From Actinomycetota bacterium (GTDB lineage: Bacteria; Actinomycetota; Thermoleophilia; RBG-16-64-13), in contig JAAYCW010000201.1 of assembly GCA_012729575.1 (NCBI GenBank), positions 981-64,980 of the forward strand: a stretch of 64,000 bases of DNA, given 5' to 3'. The notes under the pieces were generated by a model that saw nothing but the letters and a program-made list of their open reading frames with translations, did no database searches and had not been told where the DNA came from. Shown in pieces: positions 25,149 to 35,237 of this stretch. Made by a program: the position numbers and the translations under genes. Positions within the stretch are counted from its first letter, which is position 1. Each line of letters begins with the position of its first letter.

Positions 25149-26507
25149 ATGATGAACGGTGAGGATCTCTTCGATGCAGGTCTGAAGGCCGACCTCTCGG
25201 CAAATGCTCCGTTGGCGGCGCGTTTGCGCCCTCGCAAGCTTGATGATGTGGTCGGCCAGCCCCACCTTCTGGGGGAGGGGGCCTCTTTGCGAGTGGCGAT
25301 CGAGACCGGCACCGCCGGCTCCATGATCTTCTTTGGTCCTCCCGGTACCGGCAAGACGACGGTAGCGCGTCTGGTGGCCTTGGAGACCGGGTCCGCGCGT
25401 GAAGAGCTATCCGCGGTCAGTTCGGGGGTTGCTGAGGTACGCAAGGTGATCGATCGCGCCCGGGACCGGCGGGGGCAGGCCGGGCAGCGTACCATCCTAT
25501 TCATCGACGAGATTCACAGGTTCTCCAAAGCCCAGCAGGATGCTCTACTTCACGCCGTCGAGGACGGGGTCATCACGCTGATCGGTGCGTCTACCGAGAA
25601 CCCGTATTTTGAGGTCATCCCCGCGTTGATATCTCGGTGCGAGCTGTATGAGTTTCAGACACTGTCCAAAGCCGACATCCGAACGCTGCTGGATAGAGGC
25701 CTGGCCCTCCGACGGCAGGATCTTAGAGCCGGAGACTCGCCGGTGTCTGTGGGCGACGAGGTTCTCGAGCTCATCGCCGCAGGGGCATTGGGCGATGCGC
25801 GCCGAGCGCTGTCTATTCTCGATCGCTCCCTTGTTCTTGCTGAGTCGAGAGGCCTTGGCCGGCTCGATACTGCAACGGTCGAGGAGGCGGCACAACGCAA
25901 ACTGGTGCTGTACGACAAGGGGGCGGATGCGCACTACGATGTGATCTCGGCCTTCATCAAGAGTCTTCGTGGTTCCGATCCAGACGCGGCCCTGTACTAC
26001 CTAGCCGTCATGCTTACCGGGGGCGAGGACCCGAAGTTCGTTGCGCGCCGTATGGTGATATTCGCCTCAGAGGATATCGGTAACGCAGATCCACGGGCCC
26101 TCGAAGTGGCGGTTGCGGTGTCGCGTGCAGTGGAGTTCGTGGGGCTGCCTGAGTGCGGGCTCAACCTGGCTCAAGGAGTGACCTATCTCAGCTGCGCGCC
26201 CAAATCCAACGCTTCGTACCTGGGTCTGGAGGCTGCGCAGAGAGAGATCGAGAAACACGGCGCTCTGGCGCCTCCTGTCTTTTTGCGCAGCACCGGATAC
26301 GCAGGAGCGAAGTCGCTGGGGCATGGTGTAGGCTATGAATACCCTCATGACCGCGGGGGCTACGTGGCTCAGCGCTATCTGCCCGAGGCTCTCCGGGGGC
26401 GGGAGTTCTACCGACCGACGGCGGAGGGCGAAGAGGCTCGTGTGCAGAAGTTCCTAGAAGCGATGAGAGCGCTTAGGCGGGGCGCATCGGAAGGCGGGGA
26501 AACCTGA
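25149..26507 (+). CDS. rarA: replication-associated recombination protein A (AAA+ ATPase MgsA/RarA)
   Basis: Walker A GPPGTGKTT. Walker B ILFIDEIHRF. The C-terminal MgsA helical domains are conserved. 452 aa. Confidence 0.9.
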   Translation: MMNGEDLFDAGLKADLSANAPLAARLRPRKLDDVVGQPHLLGEGASLRVAIETGTAGSMIFFGPPGTGKTTVARLVALETGSAREELSAVSSGVAEVRKVIDRARDRRGQAGQRTILFIDEIHRFSKAQQDALLHAVEDGVITLIGASTENPYFEVIPALISRCELYEFQTLSKADIRTLLDRGLALRRQDLRAGDSPVSVGDEVLELIAAGALGDARRALSILDRSLVLAESRGLGRLDTATVEEAAQRKLVLYDKGADAHYDVISAFIKSLRGSDPDAALYYLAVMLTGGEDPKFVARRMVIFASEDIGNADPRALEVAVAVSRAVEFVGLPECGLNLAQGVTYLSCAPKSNASYLGLEAAQREIEKHGALAPPVFLRSTGYAGAKSLGHGVGYEYPHDRGGYVAQRYLPEALRGREFYRPTAEGEEARVQKFLEAMRALRRGASEGGET

Positions 26508-26669
26508 TCTTTTGTCAAGGATGCAGAAGTACCGCCGATACAAATCGGAGCGGGTCCCTTCACCGTTGGCGGCCCAGGAGGCCCGGAATCGAAACAAGGC
26601 CGTGGAGTAAGATGGAGTTGGTGGTTGAGGCCTAGCCGCGAGGGTAAGGCGGCAAGGAGGAGTATCGCG

Positions 26670-27614
26670 ATGCATGGGATATCAACTTTCCTTCTAGGAG
26701 GCTTGGTGGGAGCTGCGTTGGGCTATCTGGCGTCGAGGAGGAAGCCGCAAGGCGTCGACGCAAACCAGGCGGATAGTCTTGCAGAGACACCATCGCTCAG
26801 TAGAGTCGAACCTGTGGAAGAACCGAGTTCGCAGCCCGAGACTGCTGCGGTGGAGACCACTCAGGCCACCGCCGTCATGGAAGCGCCCGCCGAAGAGGTC
26901 ACCGACGCCGAGTTGGAGGCCGCCGACGGGTGGGCGGTCGCCGAGGTGGCTCTTGAGGAGCCGTCGGTTGACAGGATAGTTGCCGAGGAGTCGCCGGCGA
27001 CTGAAGTGCCTATCGAGGAGCCGCTTGAGGCAGATCTGCCGGCCGAAGAGACTCTCGGTCCTGAGGCCGCTGAGCTTGTAGCGGGGGTGGTTTCTCAGAC
27101 CGAGGCGGTTTCCGTCGACAGTCCACCCGTGTCGCCGATCGACGATCTGAAGGCCCGGATCGAAGAAACGCGCCGACGTATTCGACAGGAACTCGAACAG
27201 CCTTTCGTCTCGACGGTTGAGACCGAGGATAGGGATGATTGGGTAAACTCCCCTGCCGTTGTGTCGGTTGATCAGACCGAGGTTGCGCCGTCTACCGAGG
27301 CGGAGCAGCCGGATTATGACATTGGTCCGATGGAGTCTTCTGGTGACTCATCGGAAAAAATAGTTGAAGAGATCGATGAAGAGATCGATGAAGAGCCCTC
27401 GTCGGGGGCGGTCGACTATGATTCGATGAAGAGCCGGATCGAATCGACCCGCAGCCGACTCAAGGCCAAAGCTTTCGACGCGATGATGATGGGCGAATCG
27501 GCGCTGCTCTCGCGAGATCCACAAGACGTGGATCAGGTGCAATCGAATCTCCCCGTCGTGGACAGTGAGATCGACCAGACGATCGAGACCAGTCTGCGCG
27601 AGGAAGAAGCCTAG
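26670..27614 (+). CDS. membrane-anchored, highly acidic low-complexity protein of unknown function
   Basis: AAGGAGG Shine-Dalgarno before the ATG at 26670. One N-terminal TM helix (ISTFLLGGLVGAALGYLA). The remainder is E/D/P/V/A-rich with tandem EEID repeats. Confidence 0.5.
   Translation: MHGISTFLLGGLVGAALGYLASRRKPQGVDANQADSLAETPSLSRVEPVEEPSSQPETAAVETTQATAVMEAPAEEVTDAELEAADGWAVAEVALEEPSVDRIVAEESPATEVPIEEPLEADLPAEETLGPEAAELVAGVVSQTEAVSVDSPPVSPIDDLKARIEETRRRIRQELEQPFVSTVETEDRDDWVNSPAVVSVDQTEVAPSTEAEQPDYDIGPMESSGDSSEKIVEEIDEEIDEEPSSGAVDYDSMKSRIESTRSRLKAKAFDAMMMGESALLSRDPQDVDQVQSNLPVVDSEIDQTIETSLREEEA
27366..27395 (+). repeat. perfect 12-bp tandem repeat (GAAGAGATCGAT x2.5) encoding (EEID)n
   Basis: Read directly in the sequence, inside the acidic-protein CDS. 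Confidence 0.8.
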
Positions 27615-27632
27615 CGTAGGCCGGGAAGAGGA

Positions 27633-28709
27633 CTAGGTGTAGCTCTCAGGCGCGTCCTCACTGGGAGGCAGGAAGCCCTCCTCTTGGTGAGCTGCGCGGG
27701 GCATGTGCAACGGTCTGCGGAATAGGTTGCGCAAGTCTGTCCAAGAAGCATCCCGGGATCCCTCCACTATCTCGAGGAACCCCTTCACCTTGGCATCCAG
27801 ATTATCGACGTGGTGGAGAATCAAGGCCTCGATGGTCTTGGGGCGCTTGGGCGAACCCCATTCGAGCTCTCCGTGGTGGCTGACGATACAGTGAAGCAAC
27901 TCTTGAAGCTTGGCATCGGGGAATGTCGACAATCCCTTCGCCTTTTCCGATACTAAGGTGACCCCTTGAATGACATGGCCCAGGAGACGCCCGGCGTCTG
28001 TGAAGTCGATGCCCGTCTCGAAAGTGAGTTCTGCAGTCTTGCCGACGTCGTGGAGCAAGGCTGCGGTCATCAGAAGATCCCGGTTGACTCGCCCGTACTG
28101 CTGACCGACGAAGTCGCACAGGTCGGCGACCGCGACGGTGTGCTCCATCAAACCGCCCAGATAGGCGTGATGATAGAGTTTTGCGGCTGGTGCCGTGGTG
28201 AACACCTCGTAGAAGTCAGCGTCGCCGAATATGACTTCCAGGAGTGCAGCGTAGTCACGGTCGCGCACGGAATCGACGTGGAATCGCAGAAAGCCTTTGA
28301 GTTCGTCGATGTCCCGATAGGTGCAGGGGAGGAAATCGCGGGGTTCGGCAGACCCGGGTGGGGCGGCTGAGATCTTGGAGGCTTCCAGCTGGGGTCTGTT
28401 CTGATACTCGGACACGCGGGCGGCGACTAGTACTAGGTCTCCCACCTTGATGGCAGAGTCCATTGCCGCCGTCTCCCAGACAGTGCAGTCGACCGTGCCC
28501 GTGCGGTCGCCCAGTCTCAGCTTGAAGAAAGGTTTGCCCGCCTTGGTCTGCCGGGTCTCCTTGCTCGAGAGCAGGTAGACGCCGCTCACCGCAGAACCGG
28601 GCTTGAGATCGCACACCAGGGTGCGTCTCCTAGCGTCGTTCGCAACCCTCTCGCTGTTGAGGGAAGCTCCCAGGTCAAGTTGATCGTCGTTCACGGTATC
28701 CTCGTTCAA
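27633..28709 (-). CDS. yhaM: 3'-5' exoribonuclease YhaM-like (OB-fold plus HD domain)
   Basis: N-terminal OB-fold region. HD phosphohydrolase motifs HHAYLGGLMEHTVAV and LLHDVGKTAEL. Confidence 0.7.
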   Translation of the reverse strand: MNEDTVNDDQLDLGASLNSERVANDARRRTLVCDLKPGSAVSGVYLLSSKETRQTKAGKPFFKLRLGDRTGTVDCTVWETAAMDSAIKVGDLVLVAARVSEYQNRPQLEASKISAAPPGSAEPRDFLPCTYRDIDELKGFLRFHVDSVRDRDYAALLEVIFGDADFYEVFTTAPAAKLYHHAYLGGLMEHTVAVADLCDFVGQQYGRVNRDLLMTAALLHDVGKTAELTFETGIDFTDAGRLLGHVIQGVTLVSEKAKGLSTFPDAKLQELLHCIVSHHGELEWGSPKRPKTIEALILHHVDNLDAKVKGFLEIVEGSRDASWTDLRNLFRRPLHMPRAAHQEEGFLPPSEDAPESYT

Positions 28710-28794
28710 ACTCGCACCGCCCGCGTCTGATATCCGGCGGCCCAGGTTATTGTATCTGAGTCATCGGATGCCGAGGCTCCAGCAGGTCTCTGGA

Positions 28795-30363
28795 TCAGTG
28801 GGGCAGGAAAGGTATACGGGCTCCGTCTGCCTCCTTGCGCTTGTAGAAAAAGAAAGCCGGTATCACCGCTACACCGATGATGATGGCGGCGATGAGGAAG
28901 AACTCTCCAAACACGGTGTGGGCCGCCTCCTTAGTAGCCAAGGCGGCTGCATCCTTCATGGCCTGCCACTCTGCGTCGGACAGGCCGGATGGCCTGATGA
29001 TCGGCGTGACTATGCCGGTTGCCAGCGAGTTGAAACGGCGCACTCCCCACGAGCTGAGGGCGGACAGGCCCACCACCATCCCCACCATACGAGAGACCGT
29101 CACCAGGGCCGAGCTGGTAGTCATCCACCTGGGACCTCCGGCCGAGATGACACTGGCACCTATGGGACCGATCACCAAACCGAAACCGAGGCCACTGATC
29201 ATGAGATCCCGGGTCATCACCAACTCGGTCGGATCGAGGGGCCAACGGCTCACGAGCAGATAGCCGCCTGCCGCTATCAAGAATCCGAACACCGCCGTTG
29301 CCCGGTAGCCCACCCAGTCTGCCAGCCAACCGCCGATGACGGCGCCCACGGGAATCATCAGCGTCAGCCGGATGAGAAGGAGACCACCCTCGATCTCAGT
29401 CATGCCAAAGAGCGTGTAGGCGTAGAGAGGGATCTCCACCATTCCGATGATCAATGCTGCTCCGACCAGCACGTGTGCGATGTTGGCAGCCGCGAACGCC
29501 GGTCGCTTGAAGAATTCCAGACGGATAAGCGGCCTATGATGGTGCCGCTCGAACAATACGAACCCTATGAATGCCACGGCACTAACGACAAGCCAAGGCC
29601 ACTTCACAGGGGTGGCCGTAGTTGCCGAGCCGGCCTCGATGGTCTGGGTGCCGGTGCCGAGCCCCATGGTGATTCCCGCCAGAGCTAAGGCCATCAGGCC
29701 TGCCCCAACGTAATCGACCCGTCCCCTATGCCACCAGCGGAGCTGTTCTCCGGAGGCTTCATCTTCAGTGGTTGTCCCGCCGGCGTAACTCAGACCCGGT
29801 CGGAGGAGATGCCAACAGACCGGGATCAAGACGAGACAGAGGGGGATGTTGACGAAGAAGATCAAGCGCCAGCTCCAGAGTGAAGACAGAGCGGCGCCAT
29901 AGATGGGACCGAGTACTCCTCCGGCCTCAGCGGCTCCTCCAACAATCCCCAGGACTAGGGCACGCCGTCCCGGGGGGAACATGTCGGCGCCGGCCGCCAT
30001 GGCGATAGGTACCAGCGCTCCCCCTCCCGCAGCTTGAACCACCCGCGCGCCCACGAACAGCCCGAGGTGGTCCAAGACCACGCAGAGCGCGCTCCCCAGC
30101 ATGAAGAGAGCCAAAGCCAACATGGCCATGGGTCGTCTCCCCCGCACGTCGGCCAGGCGTCCGAACAGGGGCATGGCCACAGTGTAGCCGAGGAAATACG
30201 CAGTGATGATCCACCCGGCGTCGTTGAGGTGGGCCAGATCGATGTACAGCGATCGCATGATCGAGGGCATGACCGTGAGGACCATGGTCTGGTCGAGCGC
30301 GGCGACGAACACGGCCGCGCAAAGCACCGTCATCGCGAATATGGCTCGACGGGAGGTGCGCAC
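28795..30363 (-). CDS. MFS transporter, DHA2 (14-TMS EmrB/QacA/P55-like) drug/lipid efflux family
   Basis: Fourteen predicted TM helices. MFS motif A-like GRLADVRGRRPM. 522 aa. Confidence 0.85.
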   Translation of the reverse strand: MRTSRRAIFAMTVLCAAVFVAALDQTMVLTVMPSIMRSLYIDLAHLNDAGWIITAYFLGYTVAMPLFGRLADVRGRRPMAMLALALFMLGSALCVVLDHLGLFVGARVVQAAGGGALVPIAMAAGADMFPPGRRALVLGIVGGAAEAGGVLGPIYGAALSSLWSWRLIFFVNIPLCLVLIPVCWHLLRPGLSYAGGTTTEDEASGEQLRWWHRGRVDYVGAGLMALALAGITMGLGTGTQTIEAGSATTATPVKWPWLVVSAVAFIGFVLFERHHHRPLIRLEFFKRPAFAAANIAHVLVGAALIIGMVEIPLYAYTLFGMTEIEGGLLLIRLTLMIPVGAVIGGWLADWVGYRATAVFGFLIAAGGYLLVSRWPLDPTELVMTRDLMISGLGFGLVIGPIGASVISAGGPRWMTTSSALVTVSRMVGMVVGLSALSSWGVRRFNSLATGIVTPIIRPSGLSDAEWQAMKDAAALATKEAAHTVFGEFFLIAAIIIGVAVIPAFFFYKRKEADGARIPFLPH

Positions 30364-30401
30364 TGTAGCAGTCTTCGCGCCGGTCGTCTGTCCGGTCTCG
30401 G

Positions 30402-31130
30402 CTATAGCGGCGCCTCGACGTCCACATGGGTATCCAAGTCGGAGAGGACGATACTTCGCCAGACTTTGGGATCCTCGTTGGCCGTCGCCGCTCCGGCTAT
30501 GTCCACCTCGTAGACCAGGCTGTCATCGACCCCGATCCAGATATCGGTGTGGAAACTCTCGGTCACTCCGAGATCGACCAGGCCGGCGATCGCTTTGACC
30601 TCTTCGTCCGCAGTCTGCCCGGCGATGTGATAGGTCTTGACCCCGCCCTTGTTCTCACGGCCTTCATATGAGACGCCGGTGATGCGGTCGAGTATGCGTA
30701 TGGTCCCGGCGCCGAGGCTCAGCTTGCCAACGGGGCTCTCGGCGGCCGGCACACTTAGCCACTTCTGAGAGATGGGATCCTGGATGTAATAGGTATCGCC
30801 CAGCGCCACTATTCCTACCGTGACCGGAAGACCTGCATAAGTGGCATCGACGGTAGACACCATGTCGCCCGCAGCGTTGATATCACCGGTCATGCGGGCG
30901 ATCTCCAGCCCTCCACCAGGCTTGGCCGATTCCGGCTGGTGCACCTCGTAGACGAAGTGGAAGCCTTTGATCTCCTTCATCCTAGCGGAGGCGGAGGCGA
31001 GGACCTCCCGAGGGTCCACGTCGGCTTCGTCACCTCCACAAGCCAACAGGCAGGTCGGCAAGGCAAGCGCCAAGAGGACGGTCACGACGAGGATGACTCT
31101 GCAGTGAACCGGATACCCGCGGTCGTTCAT
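30402..31130 (-). CDS. LppX/LprAFG-family-like lipoprotein (LprG-like)
   Basis: Signal peptide with lipobox LLACGG. About 240 aa, the LprG size class. It is the immediately upstream partner of the MFS transporter, as in the mycobacterial lprG-p55 operon. Confidence 0.45.
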   Translation of the reverse strand: MNDRGYPVHCRVILVVTVLLALALPTCLLACGGDEADVDPREVLASASARMKEIKGFHFVYEVHQPESAKPGGGLEIARMTGDINAAGDMVSTVDATYAGLPVTVGIVALGDTYYIQDPISQKWLSVPAAESPVGKLSLGAGTIRILDRITGVSYEGRENKGGVKTYHIAGQTADEEVKAIAGLVDLGVTESFHTDIWIGVDDSLVYEVDIAGAATANEDPKVWRSIVLSDLDTHVDVEAPL

Positions 31131-31237
31131 GATCCCATTATGTATCCTTGTAGGAGAGCGGACAAGCGCAGGGCTGTAAGCGGCAGTGCTGAGTAGTTGG
31201 TACAATACCGGCGTAGTGTGCCTCAGTACGACGGGGG

Positions 31238-31717
31238 ATGTCTATGGCGCCCGAAAACCGACATGCGCATCCGAATTACGCTTCGGGCGAGGACTACATC
31301 CTGGAGTTCCGCAGCTTCCGGTATGGCTTCAACACGATCGACTTCGGGCAGAGGGTGGAGATGGCTGCCGTAGAGCTCGGCTTGGTCGAGGCTGGAATGC
31401 TTCTCCACGACGAGCGTGCCGATCTGGTGCAACTGGTGGCCGGAGGAAGTGTCGAGTTCCCGGTCAGCCCTCTGGGGGAATATCTGCTGCAGCGCGGCGA
31501 CGAGGTGTTGAGTCTTCACGGTGAGGACCTCGTGTACTGGCTGCGAGAGTTGGTGTTCCGCAGTGCCTGGCTCGATTTGCGGCTGATTGAGGGACAACTT
31601 GAGGTCGCGTTTGACGACGAGAATGGGACATTTGCCTACTTTCCCGCCGGACATCGTTCGCGGCGGATAGGTCCGCCTCCTCATCCGTCCTGGCGCGAGG
31701 TGGCATACACCCGCTGA
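31238..31717 (+). CDS. hypothetical protein
   Basis: 159-aa ORF with GC-rich codon usage; no recognisable motif. Confidence 0.3.
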   Translation: MSMAPENRHAHPNYASGEDYILEFRSFRYGFNTIDFGQRVEMAAVELGLVEAGMLLHDERADLVQLVAGGSVEFPVSPLGEYLLQRGDEVLSLHGEDLVYWLRELVFRSAWLDLRLIEGQLEVAFDDENGTFAYFPAGHRSRRIGPPPHPSWREVAYTR

Positions 31718-31725
31718 GCGGTGCC

Positions 31726-32067
31726 ATGCCTGATAGATCCGTTCAGACGCTACGCCTGATTCTCAAGAAGGCGTTCAGCAGGTACTACTTGGCTTTGGCT
31801 ACGCCTGCCATAGCTGATCCGACGGAGGCTTTCGGCGCCGCCCAGGAATACCTGTCCGCGCTCAGAGCGGAGTTGGGTACGGAGGAGTTTATGCAGAGGC
31901 TGGACGACGAGACCACGACTCTGGCGGGCCAGATCGAACAGGACCTGCGGCAGAGATGGAGAGACCGCGACCATCCGCCGGAGATCGTCGATCTGGAAGA
32001 TCGGCTACGTGAGTGTCTGGAATACGGTCTTGCCAGACTGTACGGCAGCCCTGGGCAGTCCCGGTAA
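31726..32067 (+). CDS. hypothetical protein
   Basis: 113-aa ORF directly after the previous one; helical, acidic; no recognisable motif. Confidence 0.3.
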   Translation: MPDRSVQTLRLILKKAFSRYYLALATPAIADPTEAFGAAQEYLSALRAELGTEEFMQRLDDETTTLAGQIEQDLRQRWRDRDHPPEIVDLEDRLRECLEYGLARLYGSPGQSR

Positions 32068-32075
32068 GACCGCCG

Positions 32076-32723
32076 ATGACGGAGTTCTTCGAGAATTGGC
32101 TCATCCCGCTGCTACGCGACTACGGTCTGCTTATTGTGTTCTTGACAATGGCCGCCGAGAGCGCCTGTATCCTCATCCCGAGCGAGATTGTGGTCCCCTA
32201 CGGCGGCTTCTTGGCCGCCCAAGGTCACACGCATCTATGGATGGTGATCGCCGTAGCGACGGCGGCCAACCTGGTCGGGTCGATCATCGCCTACCTGGTG
32301 GGGCGGTACGGCGGCCGAGCATTGTTCTTGAAGTACGGACGCTATGTAGGCGTACGCACCCACCATCTGGACAAGGCCGACCAGTGGTTCGAGCGCCGGG
32401 GAGAGGTGACAGTCTTCTTCACACGCATGATGCCGGGAGTGCGGACCTTCATCTCCCTTCCGGCGGGGATCGCGAAGATGCCTGTGGGCAGGTTCTTGTT
32501 CTACTCTCTTCTAGGGGCGGTCCCGTGGAATGCTGCTCTGGCCTACCTGGGTTATGGAGCCGGCAAGGCTGCAGGGGAAGATCCTTGGGGCAGCCTACAG
32601 GAACAGTTCAGCCGCTACAACCACATCTTCTACATCGTGCTGGCAGTCGTTGTCGTAGCTTTGGTTGCCTGGGTATTGTGGCGTTGGCGGCGTCGCGAAT
32701 CTTCGGCGTCCGATGAGTCCTAG
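32076..32723 (+). CDS. DedA/SNARE-associated family membrane protein
   Basis: DedA signature ([50 protein letters not shown]). ATG at 32076. Confidence 0.8.
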   Translation: MTEFFENWLIPLLRDYGLLIVFLTMAAESACILIPSEIVVPYGGFLAAQGHTHLWMVIAVATAANLVGSIIAYLVGRYGGRALFLKYGRYVGVRTHHLDKADQWFERRGEVTVFFTRMMPGVRTFISLPAGIAKMPVGRFLFYSLLGAVPWNAALAYLGYGAGKAAGEDPWGSLQEQFSRYNHIFYIVLAVVVVALVAWVLWRWRRRESSASDES

Positions 32724-33502
32724 AGCACCATACTGAGGAACTTCTGGGTGCGCGGTTCTTTCGGGCTGGCGATCATTTCTCGAGGGTCACCCTCCTCAAC
32801 GACCACTCCGCCGTCCATGAAGATCAACCTAGAGCCCACCTCGCGAGCGAAGCCCATCTCGTGCGTGACGACCACCATAGTCATTCCGGACTCCGCCAAG
32901 CTCTGCATGACGCCCAAGACTTCCGCGACCAGCTCGGGGTCAAGGGCGGAGGTGACCTCATCGAAGAGCATCATGTCGGGCTTCATGGCCAGAGCACGGG
33001 CTATCGCGACGCGCTGTTGCTGACCACCCGATAGCTCCTCCGGCAAGGCCTGTGCCTTGTCGGCCAGTCCCACTTGATCAAGCAGGTCGCGGGCAATCCT
33101 CTCAGCCTCCGCCCTAGACTTCCTCTGGACCTTCATAGGGGCCATCATCACGTTCTGCAAAGCGTTCTTGTGGGGGAACAGGTTGAAGCTCTGGAAGACC
33201 ATGCCGATCCGTTGTCGTATCTTGTTGGGATCGGTCCTTGGCCCATGCAGGTCCTCACCTTCGATGATCACCTTGCCCTTCTGGATCGGCTCAAGTCCGT
33301 TGATGCAGCGGAGCATGGTCGACTTACCCGATCCGGACGGTCCGATGACCACCACCACCTCTCCCTTCGTGACGGTGAGATTAATACCCTGTAGCACGTC
33401 AAGGTGTCCGAACGACTTGTGGACATTTACCAGTTCGATCATCGTATTGGTGCCTGGCACAGCAGGCAGCGGGCTCACGTCATCCTTGAACTTGCTGCTC
33501 AC
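32720..33502 (-). CDS. polar amino-acid ABC transporter ATP-binding protein
   Basis: Walker [13 protein letters not shown] signature [15 protein letters not shown]. Walker [12 protein letters not shown]. Confidence 0.9.
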   Translation of the reverse strand: MSSKFKDDVSPLPAVPGTNTMIELVNVHKSFGHLDVLQGINLTVTKGEVVVVIGPSGSGKSTMLRCINGLEPIQKGKVIIEGEDLHGPRTDPNKIRQRIGMVFQSFNLFPHKNALQNVMMAPMKVQRKSRAEAERIARDLLDQVGLADKAQALPEELSGGQQQRVAIARALAMKPDMMLFDEVTSALDPELVAEVLGVMQSLAESGMTMVVVTHEMGFAREVGSRLIFMDGGVVVEEGDPREMIASPKEPRTQKFLSMVL

Positions 33503-34257
33503 CAGCCCTCACCCCCCTTGGGTACCTGACCAGCAATATCCGAATCGAATAGCTTCTTCTCAGCCTCTGGGGTGATGCCCGAAGGGGGCTTACCCCCCGG
33601 TTTCGACTTGCGGCGCCGGTTCTCCATCATGGCGGCGATCCGAATCAGGGGGATTGTGAAGGCGAGGTAGATAAGCGCTGCGACCGTCAGCGGTGTCGAG
33701 TTGGCGACTACCCCCATCTTCTCCTTAGCGGTGAACAGAAGTTCCGGAACCGAAATAACCGACATGAGAGCGGTGTCTTTGATCATTGCGATGAATTCGT
33801 TGGTGAGGGGTGGGACCACCAGCTTCACCGCCTGCGGAAGAATGACATAACGCATCGCTTGACCACCGGTCATGCCCAAAGAACGGGCCGCCTCGGTTTG
33901 ACCCTTGGGAATGGCCTGAATGCCGGCCCGAAAGATCTCCGCGGAGTAGGCGCCGTAACACAAGGTTAGACCAAGCACGCCCGAAGTCAGCTCGTTGAGC
34001 TTTATGCCCGCGTGGGGAAGGCCATAGTAGATGAAGATGAACAGCAGCAGCAACGGCAAGCCGCGAAAGACGTCGATGTATGCACCGGCCAAGTAACGAA
34101 GAGGGCGAAACCGTGAGAGGCGGATCAAGGATAGGATCAGTCCCCAGGTCCAGGCGCATATCAGGCCGAGCACCAGAACCTCGATCACGATAGGCAGCTG
34201 CTGGACGAGGAGCCAAAGCGAGTCCTTGAATATCTCCCCGTTGAAGAATGCGTTCAC
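33499..34257 (-). CDS. polar amino-acid ABC transporter permease
   Basis: EAA-like loop in a 5-TM permease (HisM/GlnP family). Overlaps the ATPase gene by 4 bp. Confidence 0.85.
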   Translation of the reverse strand: MNAFFNGEIFKDSLWLLVQQLPIVIEVLVLGLICAWTWGLILSLIRLSRFRPLRYLAGAYIDVFRGLPLLLLFIFIYYGLPHAGIKLNELTSGVLGLTLCYGAYSAEIFRAGIQAIPKGQTEAARSLGMTGGQAMRYVILPQAVKLVVPPLTNEFIAMIKDTALMSVISVPELLFTAKEKMGVVANSTPLTVAALIYLAFTIPLIRIAAMMENRRRKSKPGGKPPSGITPEAEKKLFDSDIAGQVPKGGEGW

Positions 34258-34391
34258 CAGACCACCTCCGGTCGCCTACTAGTCACCCTGCTTCAGCATA
34301 CAAGAGAGAAAAGGGTCAGAGCTCAAGCTCCGACCCTTTTCTGGAGACCGTACTCTCGATCGGCATGCCGAAGCCGGTGTTATCCGACAGA

Positions 34392-35237
34392 TCACTCGAC
34401 GCCGGTCAGGCCCCACTTGTCGCATATCTTCTGGTAGATGCCTTCCGCCTTGAGCTCCGCGAGTGCCGTATTCATGGCTTCCAGCAGACTCGTATTCTCC
34501 TTCTTGATGGCGTAGCCGTAATCGTTGACCGTCACGATGCCGCCGGTGTTGGCGAACTTCGCCTTGTAGTCTTCGTTTGTTTGGATGATATAGGCGTTGA
34601 CCGGCTCATCGTTCACGACGGCCTGGACCCGTTCCGCGGCCAGATCCTGGAATGCGGTCAGGATGTCAGGGTATTTCTTGATCTCCTTCACTCCCTCGAT
34701 CTCTTCTACGGCAAACTGGCCTGTGGTATCGACCTGCACGCCGACGATCATGCCGGCCAACTGATCGGCAGAGGTCACTGGAGCGTCGATGGGAGCTGTG
34801 ATAGCCAAGATGCCCGGCAGGTAGGCATCCGTGAAGTTGACCTGCTCGAGCCGCTCTTCGGTGATGCTCATGGCGGACATGATGATATCGTAGCGGTCGC
34901 CAAGAAGGCCAGGGATGATCCCGTCCCAAGCAGTCGACACCACCTGGAGTTTCAGACCCATCTTGTGCGCAAGAGCCGTGCACAGATCAACGTCGAAGCC
35001 CTTGTAGCCGCCGGCCTCATCAGAGAACTCCATCGGCGGGAAAGCGGTGTCAGAACCGCCCAGGATCCAGCCGTCCTCGATGGTCTCCGGTTTTTCGATA
35101 GCATCCGACTTCTCAACCGCTGCGATGAAGTCATCTACGTTCTCCTCCGCGTAGTCGCTCCCGCAACCCGCGGTCGCTGGTATGAGGGCCATCACCACCA
35201 GCAACAAAGCGACCAACAGAATATGATTCTTCTTCAA
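34392..35237 (-). CDS. amino-acid ABC transporter substrate-binding lipoprotein
   Basis: Signal peptide plus lipobox ATAGCGS. SBP_bac_3-like domain. 281 aa. Confidence 0.85.
   Translation of the reverse strand: MKKNHILLVALLLVVMALIPATAGCGSDYAEENVDDFIAAVEKSDAIEKPETIEDGWILGGSDTAFPPMEFSDEAGGYKGFDVDLCTALAHKMGLKLQVVSTAWDGIIPGLLGDRYDIIMSAMSITEERLEQVNFTDAYLPGILAITAPIDAPVTSADQLAGMIVGVQVDTTGQFAVEEIEGVKEIKKYPDILTAFQDLAAERVQAVVNDEPVNAYIIQTNEDYKAKFANTGGIVTVNDYGYAIKKENTSLLEAMNTALAELKAEGIYQKICDKWGLTGVE

Noticed and set aside
28750-29688. 312-aa His/Arg-rich plus-strand ORF
   Set aside because: Antisense to the MFS transporter gene. Its composition (His/Arg/Gly runs) is the mirror of a hydrophobic membrane gene. 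Spurious.
32009-32716. Alternative-frame 235-aa ORF overlapping dedA
   Set aside because: The +1 frame from 32076 gives a clean DedA-family membrane protein. The overlapping frame is Arg/Gly/Pro-rich low complexity.
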